Assembly: GCA_964405715.1 (NCBI GenBank)
Contig: CAYOOW010000002.1
Location: forward strand, 23,597-87,596
Length of the DNA: 64,000 nucleotides
Reading direction: 5' to 3'
Source of the DNA: an uncultured Bacteroides sp.
GTDB taxonomy: Bacteria; Bacillota; Clostridia; Lachnospirales; Lachnospiraceae
Of the stretch, positions 7,457-15,506 are shown one piece after another. Made by a program: the position numbers and the translations under genes. Within the stretch, counting starts at the first letter, position 1; each line of letters begins with the position of its first letter. The notes beneath the pieces were generated by a model that saw only the letters and a program-made list of their open reading frames with translations, had not been told where the DNA came from and ran no database searches.

Positions 7457-9780
7457 TGAGAATGATAAAATATAAGAGAGGGCTGGCTTGTCTGGTTATG
7501 CTTGCCTTTGGGCTTGCGGGATGTGGGAAGAAGACGGTGGAGGTTCCGGAGCTGCTTGCGCCTTCTGCCGGCAATGAGTCATACAGACCGGTAGAGTATG
7601 GCGATGTGGGCGCAATCGATGTTGCGTATGGTACAGTTGTTCCTACTGAGTACTGTCATTTCTGGCTGACGCAGGTCACAATCAGAGAAATTCCGGTGGA
7701 TATCGGGGATTATGTGCAGGCGGGAGATGTTCTGGCGTATGCCGATATTGATGTCGCCCGTGAGACCATTGAGCAGCTTAATGCACAGCTTACACTTGAA
7801 AATTCAATATTTTCGGTTGATGAGGAGATATATCAGTTTAAGCATCAGGAGCTGGAATTGAAAAAGGCGGGTATGCAGGCGATTGCAGACGGAGCAGCCG
7901 AGGCACAGGCTGCTACGGACATTGCCGTGCTGGAGGAAAATCACAGATATGACACGCTGTTGCATCAGTACAGAGTAAAAGAGCTGAACGAAAGTATTGC
8001 AGAGCAGCAGGAGATTGTGACCGACGGAACCCTGGTTGCGCGAATATCAGGCTATGTGACATATGCCAAGGATATATCCTCAGGCGGTGCGGTAACCAAT
8101 GCAGAAAATGTTGTGATTGTGTCTGACTATGAGGATTGTTATGTCGAGATGACAGGCATTACTGTTTCGGAGGATTTCCAGAGAAAATGGATGCCGTATG
8201 ACAGATATTATACAGAGATAGCGGGAAAAAAATATGATTTGAAGGAATATGAATATGCGCCGAATGAGCTTGTTGTGATAGAGGATAAGGCGCTGTACCC
8301 GGATATGCGTATGCAGTTTGAGGATAAGAGCGCACTGCCCGAAGCGGGGACTAATATTCCTGTATTTATGACGGGAGATATCGTAGAGGATGTACTTGTA
8401 GTCGGAAATGATTCTCTGTATCAGGATTCACAGGGAGATTTCGTCTATGTGAAAAAGGATGACAGCAAGGAGCTGCGTTATGTCGAGCTTGGAAAATCAG
8501 GAGACAATTATACGGAGGTGATATCGGGGCTATCAGAGGGGGATATGGTGTATTACTCATCGGGCGCCATTTTGCCGGAGCAATATACGGAATTTGAAAT
8601 GCAGCCTTCCGATTATGAACCGAAGCGGACTTCCAACACATACAGTATTGAGAATACAAAGAACAAGATATACTATTCGGAGTATGAGGGACGGATTACA
8701 AGCCTCAATGTCGGTGAGGGGGATGCGGTAAGCGCGGGCGACCTCGTTTGTACGATTCAGACAAACGAGGGAAGTGCGAGATTGACGGAGCTTTCCAATG
8801 CAATCAATGATTTAAAACAGAGCTACCAGAATTCTGAGAAAGGATATACGGAACAGATACAGGCGATTGAGAATCAGATGGCGGCGCTTCTGGCACCACA
8901 GCCAACACCAGAACCGCAGCCAACACCAGAACCGCAGCCGGAGGAGACGGCTACCGGTACGGATGCGGTACCGGAGGAGCCCGGCACATCGGAGGAGCCC
9001 GGCACATCGGAGGAGCCCGGCACGTCGGAGGAGCCGCCGCAGGATCCGAATCTGTATCAGGAGCTTGCCTTGCAGATAGAGCAGATTAAGGCGGAGGAGA
9101 AGAAAAATACCTTGAACTATAATTATCAGCTTGGATGTCAGGAGGCTGAATATCAAAAGGCAAGCAAAAATAATAACGGAAGCGGCACGATAAATATATA
9201 TGCCGAGACAGCGGGTACGGTGACAGGCATCAACATCAATGAGGGGAAAAATGTGAAGGCGGGGGACCGCATGTTCAATATAGGCGTCGATGCTTCCAAC
9301 AAGGTGCAGTTCCGGAGCTCTGATGCTATTCATCTGAATCAGACATTGGTATTTTGTGTGGAGGATTCGGATAAGACCTACACCGGGAAGGTTTCCGGAA
9401 TAACAGGCGACAGTGCGAGGATATATGTCACTACCGTGGATGATAAGGTTTACTTGACCAACAACCTCTCGGACAGCAATATAAAAAGATATTATATCAG
9501 GATGGATGATGAAGCATTCTATGCTTCAGAGGATAAGTGTACGATAGAATATTCAATCAATTCTATAAAAAATACGTTCGTTCTGCCTGACGGGGTTGTC
9601 CATTCGGAGAAAGATGAAAAGGGGGAGAAGACATATTATTATGTGTGGAGGATTGTGGATGGCAATCTGGTAAAGCAATATGTCACAATAGCAATAGATG
9701 AATACAACGGTATGAAAAATGAGTGTGCAATCAATGGTCTTAAAGCCGGAGATATTCTTGCTCAGGATGAAAGTAAGTAG
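7456..9780 (+). CDS. Tandem (double) MFP/HlyD-like lipoprotein with a Pro/Glu-rich repeat insert
   Basis: The start ATG overlaps the previous stop (GTGATG); GTG at 7453 is also possible. Lipobox LAFGLAGC-GK. There are two successive sets of lipoyl-half / coiled-coil / lipoyl-half / beta-rich / ...GL-x-xGD-x-V motifs. Confidence 0.8.
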   Translation: MRMIKYKRGLACLVMLAFGLAGCGKKTVEVPELLAPSAGNESYRPVEYGDVGAIDVAYGTVVPTEYCHFWLTQVTIREIPVDIGDYVQAGDVLAYADIDVARETIEQLNAQLTLENSIFSVDEEIYQFKHQELELKKAGMQAIADGAAEAQAATDIAVLEENHRYDTLLHQYRVKELNESIAEQQEIVTDGTLVARISGYVTYAKDISSGGAVTNAENVVIVSDYEDCYVEMTGITVSEDFQRKWMPYDRYYTEIAGKKYDLKEYEYAPNELVVIEDKALYPDMRMQFEDKSALPEAGTNIPVFMTGDIVEDVLVVGNDSLYQDSQGDFVYVKKDDSKELRYVELGKSGDNYTEVISGLSEGDMVYYSSGAILPEQYTEFEMQPSDYEPKRTSNTYSIENTKNKIYYSEYEGRITSLNVGEGDAVSAGDLVCTIQTNEGSARLTELSNAINDLKQSYQNSEKGYTEQIQAIENQMAALLAPQPTPEPQPTPEPQPEETATGTDAVPEEPGTSEEPGTSEEPGTSEEPPQDPNLYQELALQIEQIKAEEKKNTLNYNYQLGCQEAEYQKASKNNNGSGTINIYAETAGTVTGININEGKNVKAGDRMFNIGVDASNKVQFRSSDAIHLNQTLVFCVEDSDKTYTGKVSGITGDSARIYVTTVDDKVYLTNNLSDSNIKRYYIRMDDEAFYASEDKCTIEYSINSIKNTFVLPDGVVHSEKDEKGEKTYYYVWRIVDGNLVKQYVTIAIDEYNGMKNECAINGLKAGDILAQDESK
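8896..9036 (+). repeat. In-frame tandem repeats: 18-nt unit CC(A/G)CAGCCAACACCAGAA x2+ (PQPTPE) and 18-nt unit GAGGAGCCCGGCAC(A/G)TCG x3+ (EEPGTS)
   Basis: Read directly. Near-perfect DNA-level repeats lie inside CDS 7456..9780. Confidence 0.9.
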
Positions 9781-9789
9781 GTGAAAAGG

Positions 9790-12591
9790 ATGCTTAAATT
9801 TATTAGAGAAAAAATAAAAAACAAATTATGGCTTACTGTTTGTCTGATGCTCGGACTTGTATTCCTTATTGCAGCTTTCTGCTGTCAGCCGATGTTTAAG
9901 GAGGGCTCTTTAAATAAGCTGTTAAACCGGACGTTTAATCAGTACATTGAGGACAACAACCGCTATCCGGCAATGATTGGGCGGAGCGGCTCCTATCAGA
10001 CAAAGAGTACGCCGTCTGTGTCGTTAATTTGTGACAAGATAAATGAATATCAGGCAATCTGGAGTAAATATCTCACGGATATTGATGTGTTAAACTGCCA
10101 GACAAGACTGAAGCTTACGGAGGAAACCAGTCAGGGCAGCTACGGCAGCAAGGGCAATTATCTGTCTGTAAGCCATATGCCGGATATGCTTTCTCATATT
10201 CAGATATTAAAGGGAACAGACTATGAGAGCTACAGTGGCTCGGATTATTATCCATGTATTATTTCTGAGAGCGTGATGGATCAGTGCGGGCTGATTGTGG
10301 GAGAAACAATAGATTTTGTACAGTGGAAGGATGACAGCGGAAATACGCTCAAGCTGGTAGTTGCCGGTATATTCAGGGAGCAGGACAGCACAGATTTATT
10401 CTGGTATACGGCTCCGAATGATTTCGAGAAGGAAATCTTTGTAAACGAAGCCGATTTTGATGAGATACTTGAAAAATTTGACGTGGGCACAGTGTATTAT
10501 GATCATGTTACGCTGCTCGATTACGGGGATATTCGGAACAGTAATGTGGATGATATTCTGTACTGTCTGGGGCAGTTTCAGGAGTTGGACAATAATTTTG
10601 TCGATACAATGCAGGACATGCTGAAAGATTTTGCGTCTGAGAGAAAATCGGTAAATGTAATGCTGTGGGTACTTGAATTGCCGATTCTGGGTATGGTGCT
10701 TGCATTTATCTACATGGTATCAGGACAGATTATCGAGACGGAGCGGAATGAGATAGCGATGCTGAAAAGCCGTGGTTTCAGCCGTGTCCAGGTGATTATA
10801 CTATATGCGGTTCAGTCAGGTGTTTTGGCAGTGGGAGGCATCCTTTTCGGCGTACCGCTTGGATATGGTTTATGTAAGCTTTCTGCCGAGACAACGGATT
10901 TCCTGACCTTTTCGGGTACGGATTCCAGCCTGTACAGGTTTGTGCCGATTATGCTGGTATATGGAGTGGTTGCGGCGCTGATTGGAATTGTTTTTATATT
11001 GATTCCGGTCGTTCGCTACTCCAATGTTTCCATTGTGGAGCACAAATCCGGTTATGTGGGAAACAAAAAGATGTTTTGGGAGAAATATTTTTTGGATATT
11101 CTGCTGCTGGGACTGTCTCTTTATCTATTGTACAATTTTAATCAGTCCATAGATAATCTTCGGGTGAAAGCGCTGGAGGGAAGCAAAATGGATCCTATGA
11201 TTTTTATGGATACGATTTTATTCATACTTGCTTTCGGACTGCTGACCTTGAGATTGATGCATTATCTGGTGAAGCTGGTTTATGCAATCGGTAAGAAAAA
11301 ATGGAAACCGGCGGCATATGTGTCGTTTTTGCAGATAACCAGAACCTTCAGCAGACAGGGATTTATTTCGGTGTTTATGATTTTAACCGTGTCCATGGGA
11401 CTCTTTAATGCCAATGCGGCAAGAACCATCAATCGGAATAACGAGGATCGTATTGTATATGAATGTGGAGCTGACGTAGTGCTACAGGAAAAATGGCAGG
11501 CAAAGCCATACCGCGATAGCAACTATAAGGTACGGTATACCTATATCGAGCCTGATTATGTGAAGTATACGCAACTTGTCTCCGAGGGATTATGTGACAG
11601 CGTGGCGCGAGTGATTCACTATGAACGGACGGAGGCAAGCGCCGGCGGTAAGAGCGTGACGGATTGCACGGTTATGGGAATTAATACCAAGGATTTCGGA
11701 GAGACGGCTTATCTGAAGGAGGAGCTGTATGGTGATGTTCACTGGTTTAATTGGCTGAATGCCATGGGACAGCGGGAGAACGGAGCGGTCATTTCACGCA
11801 ATCTCGCGGAGGCACTCGGGATAGAAGAGGGGAATGTGGTAAGCTTTAACGGGCTGACCAGTGGTGAGGTTGATACGGAACAGATCATGCGGTGCTATGT
11901 CTGTGCCATTGTGGATGCATGGCCGGGCTATGACCAGTATTATTATGAGGATGGGGAACAGAAAGAACGCTATCTGATTGTGGCAAATTATGCGGCGATG
12001 ACTAAAAATCTGGAAACAATTCCGTATGAGATATGGTGCAGGCTGAGTGAGGGCGTCACGGCTGACACCTTGTATGAAAAGCTGAAGGAGAGGGATATTA
12101 CGATAGAAAGCTATCAGAGTGTTCAGGATAACATCTACGATATGAAAAATTCACCTGATATCCAGATTACCAACGGTATGTTCACATTGGGATTTATCAT
12201 AGCGCTGGTTCTCTGTGGTGTGGGATTTCTGATATACTGGATATCCTCCATAAGACAGCGGGAGCTTTTGTTCGGTGTGTATCGTGCCATGGGTATGTCT
12301 GTCGCAAATGTCAATCATATGCTGGTAAACGAGCATATTTTCAGTACACTGCTGTCGGTGATAGCGGGCGGACTTGTCGGTATGGCGGCTACGTTCCTGT
12401 ACACCAAGCTGTTTGGAGTCGTGTATCTGCCGGAGAAACATAATCTGGATATTTACATTTATTTTGAGACCGGTGATATTGTGAAGCTGTTTGCGGTGAT
12501 TGCGGCAATGATAGTGATATGTATGCTGATTCTTCGCAGACTGATACGGTCCTTGAACATTACGCAGGCATTGAAGCTGGGGGAGGAATAA
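9790..12591 (+). CDS. Fused double-FtsX (MacB-type / type VII) ABC transporter permease, ~930 aa
   Basis: RBS AGGTGA 6 nt before the ATG at 9790 (GTG 9781 is an alternative). N-terminal TM, large extracytoplasmic domain, a 4-TM FtsX-like block (...AMLKSRGFSRVQVI...), further TMs, a second large extracytoplasmic domain, and a C-terminal FtsX block (...GVYRAMGMSVANV...). Confidence 0.9.
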   Translation: MLKFIREKIKNKLWLTVCLMLGLVFLIAAFCCQPMFKEGSLNKLLNRTFNQYIEDNNRYPAMIGRSGSYQTKSTPSVSLICDKINEYQAIWSKYLTDIDVLNCQTRLKLTEETSQGSYGSKGNYLSVSHMPDMLSHIQILKGTDYESYSGSDYYPCIISESVMDQCGLIVGETIDFVQWKDDSGNTLKLVVAGIFREQDSTDLFWYTAPNDFEKEIFVNEADFDEILEKFDVGTVYYDHVTLLDYGDIRNSNVDDILYCLGQFQELDNNFVDTMQDMLKDFASERKSVNVMLWVLELPILGMVLAFIYMVSGQIIETERNEIAMLKSRGFSRVQVIILYAVQSGVLAVGGILFGVPLGYGLCKLSAETTDFLTFSGTDSSLYRFVPIMLVYGVVAALIGIVFILIPVVRYSNVSIVEHKSGYVGNKKMFWEKYFLDILLLGLSLYLLYNFNQSIDNLRVKALEGSKMDPMIFMDTILFILAFGLLTLRLMHYLVKLVYAIGKKKWKPAAYVSFLQITRTFSRQGFISVFMILTVSMGLFNANAARTINRNNEDRIVYECGADVVLQEKWQAKPYRDSNYKVRYTYIEPDYVKYTQLVSEGLCDSVARVIHYERTEASAGGKSVTDCTVMGINTKDFGETAYLKEELYGDVHWFNWLNAMGQRENGAVISRNLAEALGIEEGNVVSFNGLTSGEVDTEQIMRCYVCAIVDAWPGYDQYYYEDGEQKERYLIVANYAAMTKNLETIPYEIWCRLSEGVTADTLYEKLKERDITIESYQSVQDNIYDMKNSPDIQITNGMFTLGFIIALVLCGVGFLIYWISSIRQRELLFGVYRAMGMSVANVNHMLVNEHIFSTLLSVIAGGLVGMAATFLYTKLFGVVYLPEKHNLDIYIYFETGDIVKLFAVIAAMIVICMLILRRLIRSLNITQALKLGEE

Positions 12592-12592
12592 C

Positions 12593-13279
12593 ATGGAAGA
12601 TATCATGATTGCAGAAAATATAGTAAAATGTTTTAAAACCGGTGGAGAGGATTTTTATGCTTTGAAGGGTATCAATATGGAGGTAAGCCGGGGCAGGCTT
12701 ACTATCCTGAAAGGGCGCTCCGGTTCGGGCAAGACGACGCTTCTGAATGCGTTGAGTACTCTGGATGAACCTACCTCAGGTGAGGTTTATTTTGACGGGC
12801 GTGCATACAGCGAACTGACAGATAAGGATAAGGAGAAAATCAGAAGACAGGAAATTGGTTTTATCTTCCAGTCGTTTGCGCTGATTCCGATTATGAATGC
12901 ATATGAAAATGTTGATTTTGCGCTCCGGATGACGGGAAATATAGAGGACAGTGATGCGCATATCAGGGAGGTGCTTGCTCTGGTCGGTATGAAAGATCGA
13001 ATGCTGCACATGCCGATGCAGATGTCCGGTGGAGAACAGCAGAGGGTTGCCATTGCCAGGGCTGTCGTACACAGACCGAAGGTAATATTTGCAGATGAGC
13101 CGACAGGTGCCCTGGATACGGAGACAGGTATACGTGTCATGGCGCTGTTCCGGAAGCTGGTGGAGAAGGAGGGGATTACGATTGTGATGACGACGCATGA
13201 TCCGAACCTGATGGAGCTGGGCGATATCATATATGAGATGAAGGATGGTGAGTTGGTTGACAGACGTGAAAATAACTGA
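12593..13279 (+). CDS. ABC transporter ATP-binding protein (NBD 1)
   Basis: Walker A GRSGSGKTT, Q-loop FQSFALIP, signature MSGGEQQRVAIARA, Walker B IFADEPTGALD, H-loop TTHD. RBS GGGGGAGG. Confidence 0.95.
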   Translation: MEDIMIAENIVKCFKTGGEDFYALKGINMEVSRGRLTILKGRSGSGKTTLLNALSTLDEPTSGEVYFDGRAYSELTDKDKEKIRRQEIGFIFQSFALIPIMNAYENVDFALRMTGNIEDSDAHIREVLALVGMKDRMLHMPMQMSGGEQQRVAIARAVVHRPKVIFADEPTGALDTETGIRVMALFRKLVEKEGITIVMTTHDPNLMELGDIIYEMKDGELVDRRENN

Positions 13280-13283
13280 TGAT

Positions 13284-14264
13284 ATGTTGGAACAGGAGAT
13301 ACCGGATGAACAGCCGGAGCCTGAGACGGATATGGAGGGAGAGGAAGAGGATGCAGACCTGATTGAATGTGACGGTCTTGTCAAGATATATAAGACGAAG
13401 GAAATTGAGGTTATGGCGCTTCAGGGGCTTGACCTCACCATCAAACGCGGAGAACTGATGTCCGTCATCGGAAAGAGCGGAAGCGGAAAAAGTACGCTTA
13501 TGAATATTGTGGGAGGATTGGAAAAACCGTCCGCCGGAAGGATTGTCGTAGCCGGAAAAAATCTGTCAGAGCTCTCGGAGAAGGAAATGGTGGAATACCG
13601 CAAGAACATAATCGGCTTTGTGTGGCAGCAGAGCGGGCGAAATTTATTTCCGTATTTGAATTCCGTGGAAAATATAGAGGCAACCATGAATTTCAGCGGA
13701 ATGAAAGCGAAGGAGAAGCGTAACCGCGCGCTGGAGCTGCTTGAGATGGTCGGAATGAGTCATAAGAAGGATTCTTATCCAAACCAGATGTCCGGTGGAG
13801 AACAGCAGAGGGTTGCAATCGCCGTTGCGCTGGCAAACAATCCGCAGATACTGCTTGCCGATGAGCCTACGGGTGCGGTGGATACAAAAACCTCCAGCAT
13901 GATACAGGATTTGTTCCGCAAGCTGAATCTTGAGCTCGGTATCACAATCATTATAGTAACGCATGATATAAATCTTGCAAATAAGGTCGACCGTGTGGTC
14001 ATGATTTCGGATGGTAAAATCAGTACGGAAAAGATTATGAAGGAAAAATATCGTGCACAGATAGACCAGCTTTCCTCTTCCGATCTGCATGTCGATTCTC
14101 ATGAGGAATATTCAGTTATGGATAAGGCGCATCGTGTACAATTAAGTGCAGATATACTTGATGCTGCCGGAATTGATTCCAATAAGGTGCGCATATCCGT
14201 GGAGGATGGAAGGGTTGTCATAGTCGGTGGAAACAGCACAAATTCTTCCGAAAATAAAGGATAA
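13284..14264 (+). CDS. ABC transporter ATP-binding protein (NBD 2) with an acidic N-terminal tail and ~85-aa C-terminal extension
   Basis: Walker A GKSGSGKST, signature MSGGEQQRVAIAVA, Walker B LLADEPTGAVD, H-loop VTHD. The start is uncertain (ATG 13245, 13284 or 13332). Confidence 0.9.
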   Translation: MLEQEIPDEQPEPETDMEGEEEDADLIECDGLVKIYKTKEIEVMALQGLDLTIKRGELMSVIGKSGSGKSTLMNIVGGLEKPSAGRIVVAGKNLSELSEKEMVEYRKNIIGFVWQQSGRNLFPYLNSVENIEATMNFSGMKAKEKRNRALELLEMVGMSHKKDSYPNQMSGGEQQRVAIAVALANNPQILLADEPTGAVDTKTSSMIQDLFRKLNLELGITIIIVTHDINLANKVDRVVMISDGKISTEKIMKEKYRAQIDQLSSSDLHVDSHEEYSVMDKAHRVQLSADILDAAGIDSNKVRISVEDGRVVIVGGNSTNSSENKG

Positions 14265-14294
14265 ATTACAGTATTGCCGCAACAGATTAAATAT

Positions 14295-14480
14295 ATGGGG
14301 CTGTCTTATTCAGATGATATGATATGGTTATATGTATGATGCGGGAAAACCGTTTGCGAACGCCGGTACTTAGCGAGGTACTTTCGAGCTTAGTACCGCT
14401 GCGTGAGCGACCGAGCGAAAGCGGGTTTTCCTGCATCATACATATAACCATATCATGTCATCTGAATGGGGCAGCCCCAT
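14295..14480. repeat. 186-nt near-perfect palindrome (about 65-nt arms, inner secondary hairpin), non-coding; REP/MITE-like element
   Basis: The left arm ATGGGGCTGTCTTATTCAGATGATATGATATGGTTATATGTATGATGCGGGAAAACC... is the reverse complement of the right arm ...GGTTTTCCTGCATCATACATATAACCATATCATGTCATCTGAATGGGGCAGCCCCAT, with few mismatches. A T6 run lies at 14491-14496. Confidence 0.9.
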
Positions 14481-14517
14481 AATTATACCCTTTTTTGTGA
14501 AATAACAATGAACTCTA

Positions 14518-14545
14518 TTGACTTGTTTTGGCTTCATGTTAAAAT
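14518..14545 (+). promoter_or_regulatory. Sigma-A-type promoter candidate for the marR operon: -35 TTGACT, 16-nt spacer, extended -10 TGtTAAAAT
   Basis: Read directly; about 50 nt upstream of the MarR start. Confidence 0.45.
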
Positions 14546-14599
14546 AAATATTCATCGTGAGTAGTTTTATTTTAAACAAAAGAAAGCAGGGTGAACAGA

Positions 14600-15046
14600 A
14601 TGTCTGATATGGATGCTGTCATACAGAATAACATGCATCGATATAAACGGCTGAATGAGCGGAAAATTGAAAAGGTTATGCGTGAATATAATTTAAGAAA
14701 GATTGACCTGGAAATCATGATTTATCTGAAAGACTGTGGAGGAAAGAATACAGCGAAGGATATAGCCGCTACGGAGATGTTTACAAAGGGACATATATCC
14801 CAGTCTGTAAGTCGTATGCGGGATTTCGGATATATTGAGGTGAAGCAGGATGAAAAGGATCTTCGCCTGCAGCATTTGAAGCTTACGGAGGGCGCTAAAA
14901 GGATACTTGAAGATGTTATGTCTGTTAAACAGGAAGTGGAGGAATGTGTGTTTTCCGGTATAACGGAGGATGAGATATGTTTGCTGCAAAGGGTTTTACA
15001 GAAAATTAACAGCAATATATCTGCTGCCCTGGAAAAAAATTATTGA
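14600..15046 (+). CDS. MarR-family transcriptional regulator
   Basis: Winged-helix pattern (KNTAKDIAATEMFTKGHISQSVSRMRDFGYIEVKQDEKDLRLQHLKLT). ATG 14600, with GTG 14591 as an alternative. Confidence 0.85.
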   Translation: MSDMDAVIQNNMHRYKRLNERKIEKVMREYNLRKIDLEIMIYLKDCGGKNTAKDIAATEMFTKGHISQSVSRMRDFGYIEVKQDEKDLRLQHLKLTEGAKRILEDVMSVKQEVEECVFSGITEDEICLLQRVLQKINSNISAALEKNY

Positions 15047-15105
15047 TACAGGAAAAATATTTGATTGGATGGCTATAATATGTCAGCAGGATACGGAGGT
15101 ATGGT

Positions 15106-15501
15106 ATGAGACAGAAAATGATGGCTTTTATGCGCGGAAGATACGGGCTTGACCGGTTTTCAAACTTTTTGGTGATTGCTGCCTGTGTAATAATATTTAT
15201 AAATATCTTTTTTAAAAGTAATCTTGTCAGTTTATTTGCATTGGCGGTGTTTGTTTATGCCTACAGCAGGATTTTTTCAAGAAATATATCCAAAAGAAGT
15301 GCAGAAAATTCATGGTATCTGAATAAGACCTATGGTATCAGACGCTTTTTCCTGAGAGAGAAGGACAGGGCGAAAATCAGACGCACGCATCACATTTACA
15401 GATGTCCGAAATGCGGTCAGAAAATGAAGGTTCCGAAGGGCAGGGGCAGGATTGAAGTAACCTGTCCGAAATGCAGATATGAATTTGTAAAAAGGAGTTA
15501 A
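15106..15501 (+). CDS. Small 2-TM membrane protein with a C-terminal zinc ribbon
   Basis: Hydrophobic helices (FLVIAACVIIFINIFF, LVSLFALAVFVYAY), then CPKCGQ...18 aa...CPKCRY. RBS GGAGG. Confidence 0.75.
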   Translation: MRQKMMAFMRGRYGLDRFSNFLVIAACVIIFINIFFKSNLVSLFALAVFVYAYSRIFSRNISKRSAENSWYLNKTYGIRRFFLREKDRAKIRRTHHIYRCPKCGQKMKVPKGRGRIEVTCPKCRYEFVKRS

Positions 15502-15506
15502 GAGAG

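Noticed and set aside
8896-9036. Possible CRISPR-like or satellite repeats (also at 35431-35583).
   Set aside because: The units are 18 and 36-39 nt, directly abutting with no spacers, and in frame within long CDSs. They encode PQPTPE/EEPGTS and His-rich low-complexity peptides and are not CRISPR arrays.
14295-14480. Insertion sequence or transposon.
   Set aside because: The element and its flanks encode no transposase or other ORF. I saw no obvious target-site duplication by eye. I kept it as a non-autonomous or REP-like repeat rather than calling a mobile element.
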